The notes beneath the pieces were generated by a model. That model did not search any database, was not told where the DNA came from, and worked only from the letters and a program-made list of their open reading frames with translations. Source: Octopus vulgaris (lineage: Eukaryota). Taken from it: DNA of 64,000 nucleotides. This document shows, piece after piece, positions 42,771 through 58,149 of the stretch. The position numbers and the translations under genes are program-made. Location of the stretch: NCBI GenBank assembly GCA_951406725.2, contig OX597830.1, positions 23,498,001-23,562,000 of the forward strand. The letters run 5' to 3'. How positions within the stretch are numbered: the first letter of the stretch is position 1; each line of letters starts with the position of its first letter.

Positions 42771-43589
42771 GTTAATAATAATTATGGTATCGATGGTGGT
42801 GATTGGGATATCCTTGGGGATGGTAGTGGTGGTATTGTTAATGGCAGTTTGCGTCGATGATAGTGGTAGTAGTCGTGGTGTTGATAAGTTGTTGCGATGG
42901 TGGTGGTAGTAGTTGGGTTATAGTGGTACTGGAAATGGTTATGTTGGCGTTTTGGTAGTGGTTGTCGTCGTGGTTTGGTTTTCGTGGTGATTTGTGATTG
43001 TGGTGGTTGTGGTGATAGTTGTAGTGCTGTTAATGGTAGTGGTGATTGTCAAGGAAAGTTCAGTAGTTGTGGCGGTAGTGGTTGTGATGGTGGTGGTGCT
43101 CTAGTGGTGGTAGTGGTTGTGATGATGGTGTTATATGGTGGTAGTGGTTGTGGAGATGGTGGTGTTGAGGTTGTGATTGTGGTTGTGGTGGAGAGTTTCG
43201 TGGTGTTGGCAGTAGCTGTAGTGGTGGTAGTTGAGGTGATAGTGGTGGCTTGTGATTTCGGTATTGGCGGTAGTTGTAGTGATTTTCGTTGTGTTGGTGG
43301 TAGTTACTGTGGAGGTGGTGAGATGGTTGCAGTTGTGGTGGTGGCGGTGGTAGTTGTGGTAACGATAGTGGTGTTGGTAGTTGTGGTTATGGGATTGGTG
43401 GCAGTGGTGGTAGTACTGGTGGTGGTGGTGGTGGTGGTGGTGGTGGTGATGGGGATGGCTATTGTGCTGTTAATAACGACGCTGTTCAAAATGATGATGA
43501 TGATGATGATGATGATGTTGGTATCGTGTTAGGGGTTACATTCCTGGTGACGTCTGAAATTGCGACAAATGGTGATGGATGAATGGTGT

Positions 43590-43623
43590 GTTAATAATGG
43601 TGATGACGAGGATGATGATGACG

Positions 43624-43674
<51 letters not shown>

Positions 43675-43728
43675 TGGTGGTGGTGGTGATGATGATGAAG
43701 ATGATGATGGTAGTGGTGGTGGTGATGG

Positions 43729-43759
<31 letters not shown>

Positions 43760-43773
43760 GATGGTGATGATGA

Positions 43774-43807
<34 letters not shown>

Positions 43808-43809
43808 GG

Positions 43810-43856
<47 letters not shown>

Positions 43857-43866
43857 GTGGTGATGG

Positions 43867-43915
<49 letters not shown>

Positions 43916-43923
43916 GGTGGTGG

Positions 43924-43967
<44 letters not shown>

Positions 43968-43968
43968 T
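43590..43968. repeat. (GAT/GGT)n microsatellite
   Basis: Directly visible; lies within a larger GGT-rich low-complexity region 41630-44030. Confidence 0.95.
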
Positions 43969-44275
43969 GAATAGTGACGTTGATATCGATGTTGCAGTTG
44001 TTGTTGTTGTTGCTGTTGTTGTTGCAGTGTCGGTGCCTGTATCGGTGGTGATTTTGGAAGAAAGGACAATTATTGAAGACACATCCTTTTTCAATGATCC
44101 ACTATCGATCTGGCCGTTTGGTTATTATCATTTTTTTTTTTATAGTTCAATTTTATAATGGTATTGTCTCTTTCCTGTCGTTGATGTTATTGTAGTCGTC
44201 GTTGTCTTACGTACGCATGATTATGTATAAGAGAGTATACGCATATACACACACGCACACGTACATATATGTGTG

Positions 44276-44328
<53 letters not shown>

Positions 44329-44375
44329 ATATATATAGATATATATATATATGCATATATATGTATATATATATG

Positions 44376-44494
<119 letters not shown>

Positions 44495-45183
44495 ATATAT
44501 ATATATGTATGTATGTAAATATATATATATGTACATATATATGGAGAGAGAGGGGTGGTGGAGAGAGATAAATATGCATATAGACACTCGATGTATGAGG
44601 GGAGAAGGAGGAGGAGGCACGCATAAAATGTCTTTGGCATTATTACTTCATTCCTTCTTTCTCATCTTTACTCGTTTTCTCTTTTTTCCTTTTCTTTCCT
44701 TTCATTCCATCATTCCATCTCTCATTCCAATCGGTCTATCGATCTTCCTTCCTCCCTTCCTTCCTTCCTTCCTTCCTTCCTTCCTTCCTTCCTTCCTTCC
44801 TTCCTTCCTTCCTTCCTTCCTTCCTTCCTTCCTTCCTCTCTTCCTTCCTTCCTTCCTTTCTTTTCTTAGCCGTTCGTTACATGACGGGGACATATAACAG
44901 TCAAACGTGTCCCCGATAAAACTCCCACCCCTACCCGCGCAATGCATATATCTGTTTGTGATTAATCTAAGCTACAGGTGGCATCAACAACAACAAAAAA
45001 AAAATTACATAAAAAAGAACAAAAAGGCATTGTCATCTAATTATACCAAATCTACATAATTATATATATACAGTCATATACTTATACATATACCCGCACT
45101 CACTCCCACATATATATACATATATATACACACGCAAATACGCATATACATTTATATATACATCACACACGTATCTGTGTGTG

Positions 45184-45265
<82 letters not shown>

Positions 45266-45350
45266 CGTACATGTAATACATAATCATATATATATACTTA
45301 TATATACATACATACATATATATACATATATACATACATACATACACACA

Positions 45351-45385
<35 letters not shown>

Positions 45386-45386
45386 T

Positions 45387-45418
<32 letters not shown>

Positions 45419-46454
45419 TACATACTTATATATATATATGCATATGTGTATATATGCATATGTATATATGCATATGTTTGTATCTACGCAGGAAGATAGA
45501 CAGAGAGATTCAAACGTTACGTAAAAGATAAAAGATAGGTACGTAAATCGATATAATTAGACATGCACAGATGAGGGCGTACGAATGTATATTTTTACAT
45601 ACATTATAAACATGTAGCAACGCGCAAACATATAGGCATAAATTTACATGTACGTACGTACGTACGTATGTATGTATGTATGTATGTATGTATGTATGTA
45701 TGCATGCATGTATATATATATATAGACGTACACACACATATCAACTGCGCTGCGTTATGTCATCGACTGAACGCTCCAGTAAGTGAACAGAGATACTGTT
45801 ATATCATGCAGCTATTAAGGTTAATTTACAGGACCATGTTGTCCTTAATGATATAGAAGTACCAGCTATATATCAGCTTTTATAGCCGCGCTATGTACAG
45901 CTATGAAGATTTTTTTTTTTACAGTCACACCTTCTGAATATGTATTATACATATTATATATAGACACATGCAAACGCACACACTCAAACACACAAAACAC
46001 ACACACACACACACACACATGTTTATATGAATATATATGTGTATAGGAATATACACACGCATACATATATGTGTGTGTGCGTGTGTATATGTATATATAT
46101 TTATACATATGTGTGTCCATGTGTGATATTTATAAATAAGATCTATTGCAATCCAAGGAATAAAGCGTTAAGAGAGGTGCTGTATGTAATTACGTTATAT
46201 TTGTATATGTGTGTATATATATATATGTATATATATATATATACGCATATATATACATACACACATACATCCATATATATATATACATGCATACATACAT
46301 AACGTATACACAAACACACATATATATATATACATACCTATATGCATACACACACACACACACATATATATATATTTATATATATATGCATACGTCTGTA
46401 TGTCACTGTGTATATATTATATATATATTAATATACAGTTGCAGATATTCATAT

Positions 46455-46485
<31 letters not shown>

Positions 46486-46493
46486 CATACATT

Positions 46494-46578
<85 letters not shown>

Positions 46579-47266
46579 CCTTGTGTATCTACACAGCCTT
46601 GGTTTTTTTATCTTATACATATACACAGAAACAACAAATCTACCATCGCAAACGATGTTTTTGACTCGTAAATTGTTCGTTTTTCTCTTTCATGCCCTTC
46701 TCCAATTCTTCTGTTGTATTCCCTTTCTTTCTTATTCTTCACGTATTTACCACAAGCCCTGGTTTTACTGATTCTTGCTTTCGTTTTCCTTTCCTTTCCA
46801 TTCCTTGAGATCGTACATTGACATCTTGTCTCAATCTTTGCCATCTTTCTAAAGTTCGAAGTTGACCAGTTTCCCACTCACCTAGATATGCTTCTGTTTG
46901 ACTTAAAATTATCTCTCGTACATTTGAAATGTCGTCTCTTCTCTGCGTTTTTGTTTCATTTGTTGTCAGTCTTTTAGTTTTCTTTACCTTTTTTACTTTC
47001 CGATATTTTACGGTTTATAAATGTGTACGTATATAAACAGGATGTTCGGGCAACAACTGACGAATTTTTATGCTTCCTTTCTCAGGAACAGCTTGATAGG
47101 CTCAGGCGTGGCTGTGTGGTAAGAAGGTTACTTCCCAACCACATGGTTCCGGGTTCAGTCCCATTGCACTCCATTACGTCCTACTGGGTAAGTGTCTTCT
47201 ACTATAGCTTCAGGCCGACCAAAGCCCTGTGAGTGGATTGGTTAGACGCAAACTGAAAGAAGCCCG

Positions 47267-47300
<34 letters not shown>

Positions 47301-47524
47301 TCATCACCATTGTTCGACCGTGATCGAGACAATGGAATTTACTATGTTACGCCAGACTTCACGGTCCATCATAGCATTACGGAGGTCCTGTTGCTGGATG
47401 CCTGTATCCCTGGAGATTACATATATATATTTCTGAAACTTCAGATTTTTAAATATGTTAGACCACTGGTTTCAAATTGATATTAATCAAATTAATATTC
47501 AATTTTTCACCCTTATTATTTTAA

Positions 47525-47581
<57 letters not shown>

Positions 47582-47750
47582 AATACAAAATGTGGGACAA
47601 GAACGCAAAGCATCCAGATAGTTAGATGATACAAAAAAGGGACAAGAAAAAGCAAGGACGGGTCATTCGGAGTTTTCTTTCGTCACTCGAGTTCCAGATT
47701 ATCTTTGCAGTTTCAGGTAACAATTTATAATAATTTATAATTATATGATA

Positions 47751-49394
47751 CTAGCAATATAACCCGGCCTTGCCCGGGATTAAGTTACGATTATTAAGCT
47801 AATCAAGTTCTTTATTTCAACCAAACTAAGTAGCATAGACGTCAAATTTGGGCGAAATCCGTTAAAACTAGTTATATTACATATAAAAACTTAGATAAAA
47901 CTTAGATATGTTTCGACCAGAGATTGGTCCAGGCCATGTCTAACTTAATAGCACCACCTGATAGGATTATTCGAATCCTGTTTAAGTCAAGTTTTGTTCA
48001 AGTAGTGAGTTCTTGTTGGGTGAGTTGTATCCAGTTTTGTTCAAGTAGTGACTTCTTGTTGGGTGAGTTGTATCCAATTATGGGTGGCTTGTCTGGTATT
48101 CTTTGAAGGAATCTATCCAGACTCTGTTTGAAGTTGATGGGATCCTTTTCCTCTTTGATCTCCCTCGGGACAATGTTAAATAGGGCAGGGCCTGTTGAGG
48201 AAAAGAAATTATGTTGCAGTGTACATGTATGTTGTGATCTTGAATTTGGCAGGGGACGTATAGCCCGTGGTCCAAGTCTCGGATGAACCTTGAAGCTAAT
48301 GTTTAGGTCGTTTGGGCAAAGTTGGCGGTATATTTTCCACATCGTACAAATGATGTACCGCTCACGGCGACGCTGGAGGGAGTAAAGTTTCAAGGCTTTA
48401 AGGCGATCCCAATAGTCGAGAGCAGCCATGCCTTCAATTTGTTTAGTGAGAGCCCTCTGGGGTGACTCCATTCTGGAGATGTTTTGTCTTGTGTAAGGAG
48501 ACCACAGTGGGCAGCAGTATTCAAGGTGTGGCCATACAAAGGATGAAAAAAGTGGTATGATGACACCTTGTTCTCTGGACCGGAAAGTTCTTAAGATCCA
48601 GGAACTCATCCTACGAGCTATATCGACCTTCTTGTTGATGTGTGCACTCCAACTGAGATCGTCATCAACAATTACACCCAGGTCTCTGATATTGTTAGAG
48701 GCTGTGAATATATATAATATAATATAATATAAAATATATATGGGCAACAGACACGAACACACATACACACACGTACGTACGTACACCTATTGCATGTTTT
48801 GTGCACGCATACATGTTCATAAACAGAAATGAATGGAAAAAATGTTGTTAAATTTGTAGATTAACACTCGCACGATTATCACTAAAGTATATATACTATG
48901 ATTAAAAAATATAGTGTCTTTCAAAAACAAAAAACAAAACATTTTACGTTTTATTTTTTACTCTCTCTCTCCCTCTCCCACTTTGTCTTTCCCGTGAAAC
49001 TCTCTGCCTCCTTCTTCCACTTTTCTTTATCTTATTGTTTTTTGTTAGACGCTAGCAAGAACGTTGTCATTTAATCTGTCTCTTTCTCTCTCTCACTTTG
49101 TCTTTCCCATGAAACCCTCTGCCTCCTTCTTCCACTTTTCTTTATCTTATTATTTTTTTTGTTAGACGTCATCAAAAAAGCCAAGGCTAATATTTTTCGT
49201 GGCTAAAAGCTATATTTGAAAATAGATATTTACGCTACCCACGGGTGCCTCGGGGAAAAAAAATAAGTTGACAAAACCCAGATAGGGTGTTGAAAAATGT
49301 CCTCCTAAAATTGGAGCGACATACGTGCTAATTTGTGGACGTGCATAAATTACAATTACGTACACACACGCACACACATCCTCCCTTTTATAGA
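47751..49394 (-). mobile_element. Non-autonomous Helitron containing a CR1 fragment
   Basis: Minus strand A|TCtataaaaggg 5' end; 3' hairpin cccgggcaaggccggg then CTAG|T; internal ~90-bp duplication (48961/49085). Confidence 0.65.
47910..48705 (-). mobile_element. CR1-group LINE ORF2 C-terminal fragment (5'-truncated)
   Basis: IRDLGVIVDDDLSWSAHI..FVWPHLEYCCPLWSPY..ESPQRALTK..DYWDRLKALKLYSLQRRRERY..FKQSLDRFL; frame open for ~235 codons. Confidence 0.9.
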
Positions 49395-49399
49395 TATAA

Positions 49400-50030
49400 T
49401 AATTAGAAATATAATTATATTGAAATAGACGCCGAATGGCTCTAAAATCTATATCTATACTCTTGTTTGGATTTATACGCACCTTAATATAATTATATTA
49501 GATAATTATAAATTAGCATAAATTGTTACCTATAAGGTTGCTATTTCACGCTGGCTACTTGATAAAATCATTAAAGCGGTTTTATCCTTAATTTTGAATA
49601 AAATATTTTTTTTTTTGCTCCTGATCAAGTTGTATTCGTTGCGAGATTATTTTGATAATAAAAGCACGTGGTTGAGATGAGAAAAAATTAGATTTTTACT
49701 AGTGTATACATGTAAATGTATGTATATAATCGTGCGTATATGTTGTCCGTATGGCTATGTATAAATATTTTCATCTGTATACTTTGGCATATTGTATTGA
49801 AAACAGCAAAGTGCTTTACAAACCCTAAGCCAGATATCGATTTACAATTAACTATCTGCTTTCAAAAATATCTTTTTTTTTAATCTGCCCGCTTATAACC
49901 TGTGCTAACAGAGGATATATGTGGTTTTTAGAGCCATTTAGAGCCTATTTAGAGTCTATTTCAAGCGTGTTGGTGGGGGTTTATCCTTGCCCTTAATATA
50001 ATAATATTACATAATTATCAATTAGTATGT
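49400..50030 (+). mobile_element. Second member of the Penelope-like/retrozyme-like family of 20692-21530, with degenerate hammerhead at 49791-49848
   Basis: Shared motifs (ttacctata, ggttttatccttaatt, tgcccgctta..cctgtgctaa); attgta-UUGAAAA..GAUA-tcga-UU-tacaat. Confidence 0.6.
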
Positions 50031-50326
50031 ACACACACGCACAAGCACATATATATTTACATCTGTATGCATATATCTATGTATGTGTGTCTGTTCACCA
50101 CCATCGTTTGACAGCTGGTGCCAAGCGGTTCGGCGGAAAGAGATCGATAAAATAAGTACCAGGCTTAAGAAAAGTTTGGGGTCGATTTGTTTGACTAAAA
50201 TCTTTCAAGGCGGTGCCCCAGCATGGTCGCAGCCAAATGATTGAAACAAGCAAAAGAATAAAATAATATATTCGAGAACTTAACAGCAGCATTGAAGAGC
50301 ATAAAGAAGAACATGAATAACATAAA

Positions 50327-50611
50327 CATTATTTACATTATTTACATTAGATGGATATTTGTCCTCATCGTGTTTGTTGTCAACACAACGTTTCGGCTGA
50401 TATACTCTCCAGCCTTCATCAGGTGTCTTGGGGAAATTTTGAACCTGGGTTCTCATTTTCGATGTTATTTTTATTGTTCAAAATTTTCAAAAGTTCGAAA
50501 TTTCCCCAAGACACCTGAAGACGGCTGGAGGGTGTATCAGCCAAAACGTTGTGTTAACAGCAAACAAGATGAGGACAAATGTCCGTCGAATGTAAATAAT
50601 GTAAATAATGT
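50327..50611. repeat. ~120-bp inverted repeat of Penelope-like terminal sequence, a hammerhead in each arm
   Basis: Arms 50327-50445 and 50493-50611. Confidence 0.85.
50382..50427 (-). ncRNA. Minimal type I hammerhead ribozyme, intact canonical core
   Basis: gacac-CUGAUGA-a ggctg..cagcc-GAAA-cg-UU-gtgtt; palindromic stem III AACGTT. The + strand twin at 50510-50555 has G12->A. Confidence 0.8.
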
Positions 50612-50689
50612 ATATATTTCCTCATTTCTTAAATACAGAACTGAATGAATAGCATAAAGTTGTAGCTGAGAAGAAGCTGATATGGAGAA

Positions 50690-51225
50690 CGTCATGACTG
50701 CTACTCAGTCCTCCGTGAACACTATAAAAACTGTAAGGCGTGACATGGATAGCTGCAACGAAGTCTACAAAGCCGTAGGCAACGGGAAGATATACATACC
50801 GAAGTTCACCCTAAACACTTTGAACAGAGCCTTAGAGTTAATTCAGACGACTGTGTGAAGCTGTTGAAGACGGTGGCCAACCCAGGCCTAGGAGGGTTAC
50901 GTCTGAAAGGCCATCTGTGTGGCAGCAGGTTCCGGTTCCTTGCTACAATTCCAGAAAGAGTCGGAAGCGGTTGTCGGAGAAAATTTCTACGACTTGACCA
51001 GCCCTAATTTCTGACCTGCTAATTTTCCAGGTTGTAATTCAAAAGATTACTATGTATTCTTGAGAAAGACACCAACCGCTCTTCTTGCAACACCAAGCGC
51101 GAACGGGCGGCCATGATGAAGGAAGTATTTTGAAGATTTCCCCAGGACACAATGAAGAACACGTGCTCCGGCTTCTGCAGCCGTCTTGCGGCCGTGGTAG
51201 AAACTAAGGCCAGGGACTTTTAGTA
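50690..51225 (+). mobile_element. DD37D/maT-type Tc1/mariner transposase relic
   Basis: Degenerate FEQSLRVNSD..KLLKTV..RPSVWQQ..PCYNSRKS..ENFYDLTSPNF*PANFPGCNSKDYYV..EKDTNRSSCNTK..FCSRLAAVVE (WPPNSPD.NP.DY motif). Confidence 0.7.
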
Positions 51226-51277
51226 AACTATCATTCCTTTTACGATGCCTATCAAATTTTTTGTGTGTGTGTATTTA

Positions 51278-51369
<92 letters not shown>

Positions 51370-51373
51370 AATC

Positions 51374-51421
<48 letters not shown>

Positions 51422-51426
51422 TATCA

Positions 51427-51484
<58 letters not shown>

Positions 51485-51563
51485 ATGCATGTATATATAA
51501 ATCTTTATATATATATATATATGTATGTATGTATATATGTGTGTATATATATATATGTGTGTG

Positions 51564-51617
<54 letters not shown>

Positions 51618-51625
51618 CACATATA

Positions 51626-52111
<486 letters not shown>

Positions 52112-52742
52112 CCTATTTTTGCGAGTTTAATGGACTGGACCAATCTGAAATGTCTTGCTCAAGAAGACAACTTGCCACCGGAAATCGTACTCACGAACTT
52201 ACTATCTTGAACAGAATACTTAACCACTAACCTGTACGCAAGCACGCACACACATACACACACACACACACTGGAAGTGTAATTCCTGCATCATTTCACT
52301 ATAAGGTCATGTTGTAGAAAAATGTCTGACAGCAGGATACAGTCCTCAGGCGACAGTTACAGTTTACATGTAATATAAATATATCCCCGTGTTATGATTA
52401 CCACATTTAATACGATTATCATAGTTTTCAAGATTTCACCGACGCTGCAATCAAAACGTTATTTGTTTTGTTTGTTGTATCGTGAATCGACAATGATGAT
52501 GCCTCTCACCCTATACTGATGTATGGACCATCTGTTAGCTGTCAGCTTAATTATTCGGCTAACAATATCCATCTGTGACATTACAATAGTAACTTAAGCA
52601 GAGAAGACAGACTTACATAATTTGTTACGAGCTATGAGTTGTTGAATATGACAAACAATGCGGTAACTGAGCAATTGAATGATGGCAGAGACTACCTCCA
52701 ACCGATAAAAATGACACATGAATAGAGAAAATGGAAGGCATT

Positions 52743-52967
52743 ACTCTTTTGACACCAACCCGTCTGTGACCACCTCTTGTTCTCTAATACAAACTTTCAG
52801 TTTTAAAGTGAACTAAATTGAAATTTTTAATCAAAATTTTATGTTAATTTGTTCTAAACATCAGCTTAAATAATGAGAAAATTTTTTTTACTAAATTCTT
52901 CATTATTGTAAAAATCAATTGAAAGAAAGATAGTGGATTTTAACAGAAATATGGTAACAAAAGGGTT
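52743..52967. mobile_element. piggyBac-like MITE
   Basis: Degenerate termini ctcttttgacacc / ggtaacaaaaggg; the same right end occurs at 55658-55672. Confidence 0.45.
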
Positions 52968-53639
52968 TGAAAGAAAAATGAGAATGTAAAATATAAAAAA
53001 GGAGGGCTTCGTTATAAAGAAGCAAGATTCTTAGAAATGGAAGAATTCATAAAAATCTGGATGTCCAGATAAACGAAGAACGAAATACACGGCCACAACA
53101 AAGATGATTAGATGCGAGGCAAAGAGATTAAAAGAACAGGGGAAATATACTAATAGATGAGTTTGTTGGCTTTTAAACTGGGTGCTATTGTTCCAAATGC
53201 ATGAGGGTAATGAACAAGATTTCACAGTTGATAACTGAAGAATAAATTAAAATCTTGGAATTTCACATTGGAGATTCAACCAAGACATCGAGAACATTGA
53301 GTCTAGGTATCAAGGCAGGTGGAACATCAACATGTTACTGTCTACTGCAGGTCATGATGCAATTTATTAAAGTTCATTCCTCGAAAAGCTGAAACTTCAG
53401 TTTGATAGAAATATCTATTCTAAGATGTGTAATTAAACATTTTGTGTAATATATTTGTTAAACAATAAAAAGTACTATTTGGTTTGTGTTAGTTTCTTAT
53501 TTCAGTATTGCATTTAATGACAAAATTGACGATTTTTGGTAAAATTCCTTTTTAACAAAAAATAAAAAAATGACCCGATAGAAAATTTCTGAGGGCATTT
53601 CTGGACCCAGTACCATCAACATAAAATAAAATTAAAAAA

Positions 53640-53887
53640 TGCGCCCTTTTAAAACCTAGCTCGGCTCATGGGCCCGGTTTCCCGGTTTCAATGGTGTATA
53701 TGTTCCCCAGCTGGACGGGATGCCAGTCCATCGCAGCGTTACTCATTTTTGCCAGCTGAGTGGCCTGGAGCAACGTGAATTGAAGTGTTTTGCTCAAGAA
53801 CACAACGCGTCGCCCGATCCAGGAATCGAAACCACAATCTTACGATCATGATGTTGACACCCTAACCACTAAACCACGCGCCTCCAC
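53640..53887 (-). mobile_element. tRNA-derived SINE with Meta-domain-like central motif
   Basis: Head shared with family D; ctgcgatggactggcatcccgtccag..gaaaccgg resembles the MetaSINE domain (from recall). Confidence 0.7.
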
Positions 53888-54280
53888 GCCTCAACGCCAT
53901 CAAATTAGGTAGGACTAATTGTAAAAAGTAAGGTAACTAAAAATCTTTTCAAAAATGTTCCTCGGTGTTATGTACGTATAGCTATACGGACATACGTATG
54001 TGTAGCTTACATAAATTAAAATACGCACCCACAACCGTACATTCATTGACATTCAGGCTCAGTTCTATGATCTCCATACTAAAGGCAGCGATCCAGGAAC
54101 TGAAATACATGTTAATTACACGCGAATTGTAGTTATATTATCAGACTGGAGTTCTAGCAAGGACTGCGTCTGGTTTTCAGGCCTCATCCTACAATATGAC
54201 TTTAGATTGACATGACGCAGGAGGATTCAGATGGGGGTACAATGATTAAAAAAGCGCTTCTTACGAGTCGGAAATTGTAC

Positions 54281-54369
<89 letters not shown>

Positions 54370-54879
54370 GTGTGTATGTGTGTGTGTGTGTATTTGTGTG
54401 TGTTGAAGGTTAAAAAGAAACACACGAGTTGATATGTATAAGGCAATTCTGACAAAGTAAAAAATTGTAAAATAATTTTATCATAGAGAACATTTTAGTA
54501 CCGGTTACAGCCTTTGTAACTTTTTCAACTTAGAGTAAAGCATGAAAAACAATCAAATTGTAGAAAAGTTAAATGAAATGTTTTTAAAAAAATATTTCCA
54601 TAGTTTTTAAATGCAAGGGACATTTTCCTTTTTCCTGTCTGTCTGTTTCTCTTTTTTACTCCTGTGAAGGCTTCCTAACAGGTAGTTGGCGCGGGAGAGT
54701 CACCACTGAGCATTAAAATGCGTTACGCATCAAAATACGAAATCATCGATGATCTGGCTATATCTACGTAGGGAGCTTGTCTCCGTTGTAGGTTCATTAA
54801 GATGGTGCTTATGTGGTTGTTGAGTTGTTTTGACTCTTATTTCTAGAGATATTGGTTCTGATTAGCACCCTCAAGTGCC

Positions 54880-54943
<64 letters not shown>

Positions 54944-55340
54944 CTAGCAGTATCGCCCGGCGTTGCTCGGGTTGTAAGGGAAATAACTATATAAGCATTT
55001 TTAGAGAGTTATAGCCAAAAAATGGCAAAATAAAATGCATTAAAAATTGAAAAAAAATTAAGGTAAATTTTTTTTTAAATCGTTGACACATCGTAGATAT
55101 TTTTAGAGAGTTACTTCCCTTATATAAAAGCGAAAAAAATGCATTAAAATGGAAAAATATGATGGTAAATTTTTTTTAAATCGTAGACTCATCGTAGACG
55201 CGCGCTAATACCCAGAAGGGCTCGATATGAATCACGACTATAAGATACCCGCTTTTGGTTAAACTGCACCGCAAAATGTGGGAGTAATTACGAATGTAAA
55301 TCGAAGGGGACAGACACACAACTTCACTCTTATATAAAGA
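54944..55340 (-). mobile_element. Non-autonomous Helitron
   Basis: A|TC 5' end, cccgagcaacgccggg hairpin, CTAG|T; same 3' end as 5484-5866. Confidence 0.8.
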
Positions 55341-55674
55341 TGCTTTTTTTTTTCAGTCATAGAGTTAGATTTATGAAGGTCTTCAGTAGAAAATCCTTCG
55401 AATTCTGACTCGCTGCTTGATATAATGAAATTCGTATCCATTTTTTGTCAGAATTACAAATTTTGATTGAAAACACAATAGGAACAAATTTCGGAAAAAA
55501 ATCTCCCATAATTCACGGAATTAAAATTACACTTCGATTTTTGTACAAAACTGTATTTGAAGTGTTTACGAAGTATAATACGTGTTTTCACGAATGTACT
55601 AAAGAGATTTACTCTGATATTTTCATTTAAATATGAATAGGTAAATTCGGGCGGTTTGGTAACGAAAGGGTTTA

Positions 55675-56520
55675 TATAAGTGTCGTCTGTTTATACATAA
55701 ACACTGTTTCATAGTTTCAGTTTAGTCTTCCTCAAATCACTGTCGCTAATTTACTCTCTTCCAAGAACATTTTCACTCACTGTTATCTGTTAACTTCCCA
55801 TACATTTTACTCATGTATCTATCAGCGTGATAGACAGAAACAAATATTACATTTACTTTCATTTTATTCGTTGCCCACTGTGTGTGTGCGTTTGCGTGTG
55901 GTGTAAACCAGACTAAGAAAAGCATTTGACACACACACCAGAATGTGAGTTTTCTGTAAATTTTGCTTAATTGGAGTTTAAATTTTAAAAACTGGACCTG
56001 GCATGACGCGATGCATTGTACTCTTAAAACTGCTAGGTAAATTGTAATTGAAGAAATCCTATATTGTAGATTTGTATAACTCCCAAAGGGAGGCAGATAA
56101 AATCTGCCTTTTATAATAAGAGATATATTATATATATTATATAAAATTCGTTCTCTCTGTCTGTGTGTCTTCTAGGATCTCGTGCATCCTCCATCCGATT
56201 GCGCTCAATTTTGATATGTAGATACCGACGGTATCAGGGCGTGTATAAGTCTCGAAAAAATTACAAAAATAGATTCCAGGTGAGAATGCGATCGATAAAG
56301 CCGTGGGAACGTGCATTTGTAAAATCGTTTTTCTTGGAATATCTTTATTTCTATCTTTATTTCTTCTTTTGCTGGCGTCTCAAATTTAGATTAAATCAGT
56401 GTTTCTCAAAGGGGAGGCCTATGGAACGGTCGGACAAGTTGTTTTGAGAAAATCTGGTTTAAATGTTTGACAACTCAGCACCGACCAATGGACGGGGGGG
56501 GGGCGTTTTGCTCGTATGTA
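55675..56520. mobile_element. Two probable Helitron 5' portions head-to-head around ~56130
   Basis: Minus: TCtcttattataaaaggcag; plus: tataaaattcgttctctctgtctgtg. Both resemble the other Helitron 5' ends here; 3' ends not seen. Confidence 0.35.
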
Positions 56521-57650
56521 TATATATATAATATATTGTGTTTTTCTAGATATTTTGATTTATTACATTTACTCCTGTCTTTTCCATCCAGTTTATGCTT
56601 ATCGTATACGCGGCTCCTACAACAAGTCGTAAAACGCACACCTTCTCTAGTGACATCAGTCTTTTTACCTCCCAAGTCAAATCATATCACATCTACTTCA
56701 TTTCTCTTTCCTATACTCTCTTATCATCAAGACATACCATGTCTATGTTCTAACCGGTTTTTTCTTTCATTGTTCACAACTACCACCATGTCCGGCTTTC
56801 GATATTCAATTTCACCATCCTGTTAAACCATTGTTTATCTTTATTGTGGTTGGTGGAGAGAACATGCTGAGATCATCCTACCGGGAATGGAATATGGGCA
56901 ATACCATACATATATATACTTACTGTATGTATAAATGTCTGCATGTTATAAAATACAATGTATATTATATCACACAATATAATACTAAAAAAAAATGTAG
57001 AGAAACCTGCTTGAATACCAACATACCAACGTTTCACGTACGTACGTACCTACTTACCTACCTACCTACATGATACATACATACATACATACATACATAC
57101 ATGCATACATACATACATACATACATACATACATACATACATACATACACACAGAGCTACCAACTGACACTGAAGAGGTTTTGTTTCTGTTTTAGAAATA
57201 GTATCCATCGGTGAAAAAATTAACAAATAAAAGCCGAAAAATCATTCTTGACGAAAGTAACAACTTTGTTACGTTTTCTTGAGGCAAATATATGTTAAAC
57301 AAATCTAGTGCAAGACAAAACAAAATAGTGAATTTATTCTGTACAAAATACTTAAAGGAAGAACTGTATCAACTGGAACAATTATAAGAGATTACCATGA
57401 AGCAAAGACGGCCAACAAGAATAGATTTTGCAGAAGGCATGAAAAAGAATTCAAGTGACCTTTGAATTTAGTTTGGGAGAAGAGAAAAATAACTCGAGAG
57501 TTCTCAGAATGTAGAAATTGTCTTAACAAGAAAATAATGCAACGAAGTTTTTTTATAGAGTTTATTATAGGAAGACAAAAGACGGAATATTTTCATGTAT
57601 TAGTGAATTAGTGTGTTAGTATGTATGCATGTATGTATGTGTGTGTGTCT

Positions 57651-57697
<47 letters not shown>

Positions 57698-58149
57698 GAA
57701 AGGGAGACACGCACATATATATATATATGTATATCTATCTATCTGTCTATCTATACATACGTACATGCATACATACATACATGCATACATACATACATAC
57801 ATACAGACAGACATAACTGCGTGTTTATATGTACGCACGTGGGCGTCTATGTATGTGTGTGTGTGTAAGGGAGTGAGAGAAAGAGAGAGAGAGAGAGAAA
57901 ATATAATTCCAATGCAATCAGTGTAAAAAATATTACCTAAACAAAGGAAGAATTTGTTGTCATAATAATAATAATCATAACAGCAACAACAATAATAATA
58001 ATAATAATGACGATGATGAGGATGATGATGATGGTGATGATAATAATAATAACAACAACAATAATGAGGATGATGATGATAATGATGATAATAACAATAA
58101 CAACAACAACAACAACAACAGCAGCAACAACAGTAATAATAATAATATG

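Larger units (their letters stand above)
52270..53968 (+). mobile_element. Chapaev3-like DNA transposon relic (with nested MITE and SINE)
   Basis: 53272-53350 reads RFNQDIENIESRYQGRWNINML, matching the Chapaev3 C-terminal RFHQDI..ME.RYQGRW...MM motif; CACTG.. / ..CGGTG ends tentative. Confidence 0.45.

Noticed and set aside
44885-44915. cggggacat..gtgtccccg hairpin as pre-miRNA
   Set aside because: Only a ~9-bp stem; too short and expected by chance.
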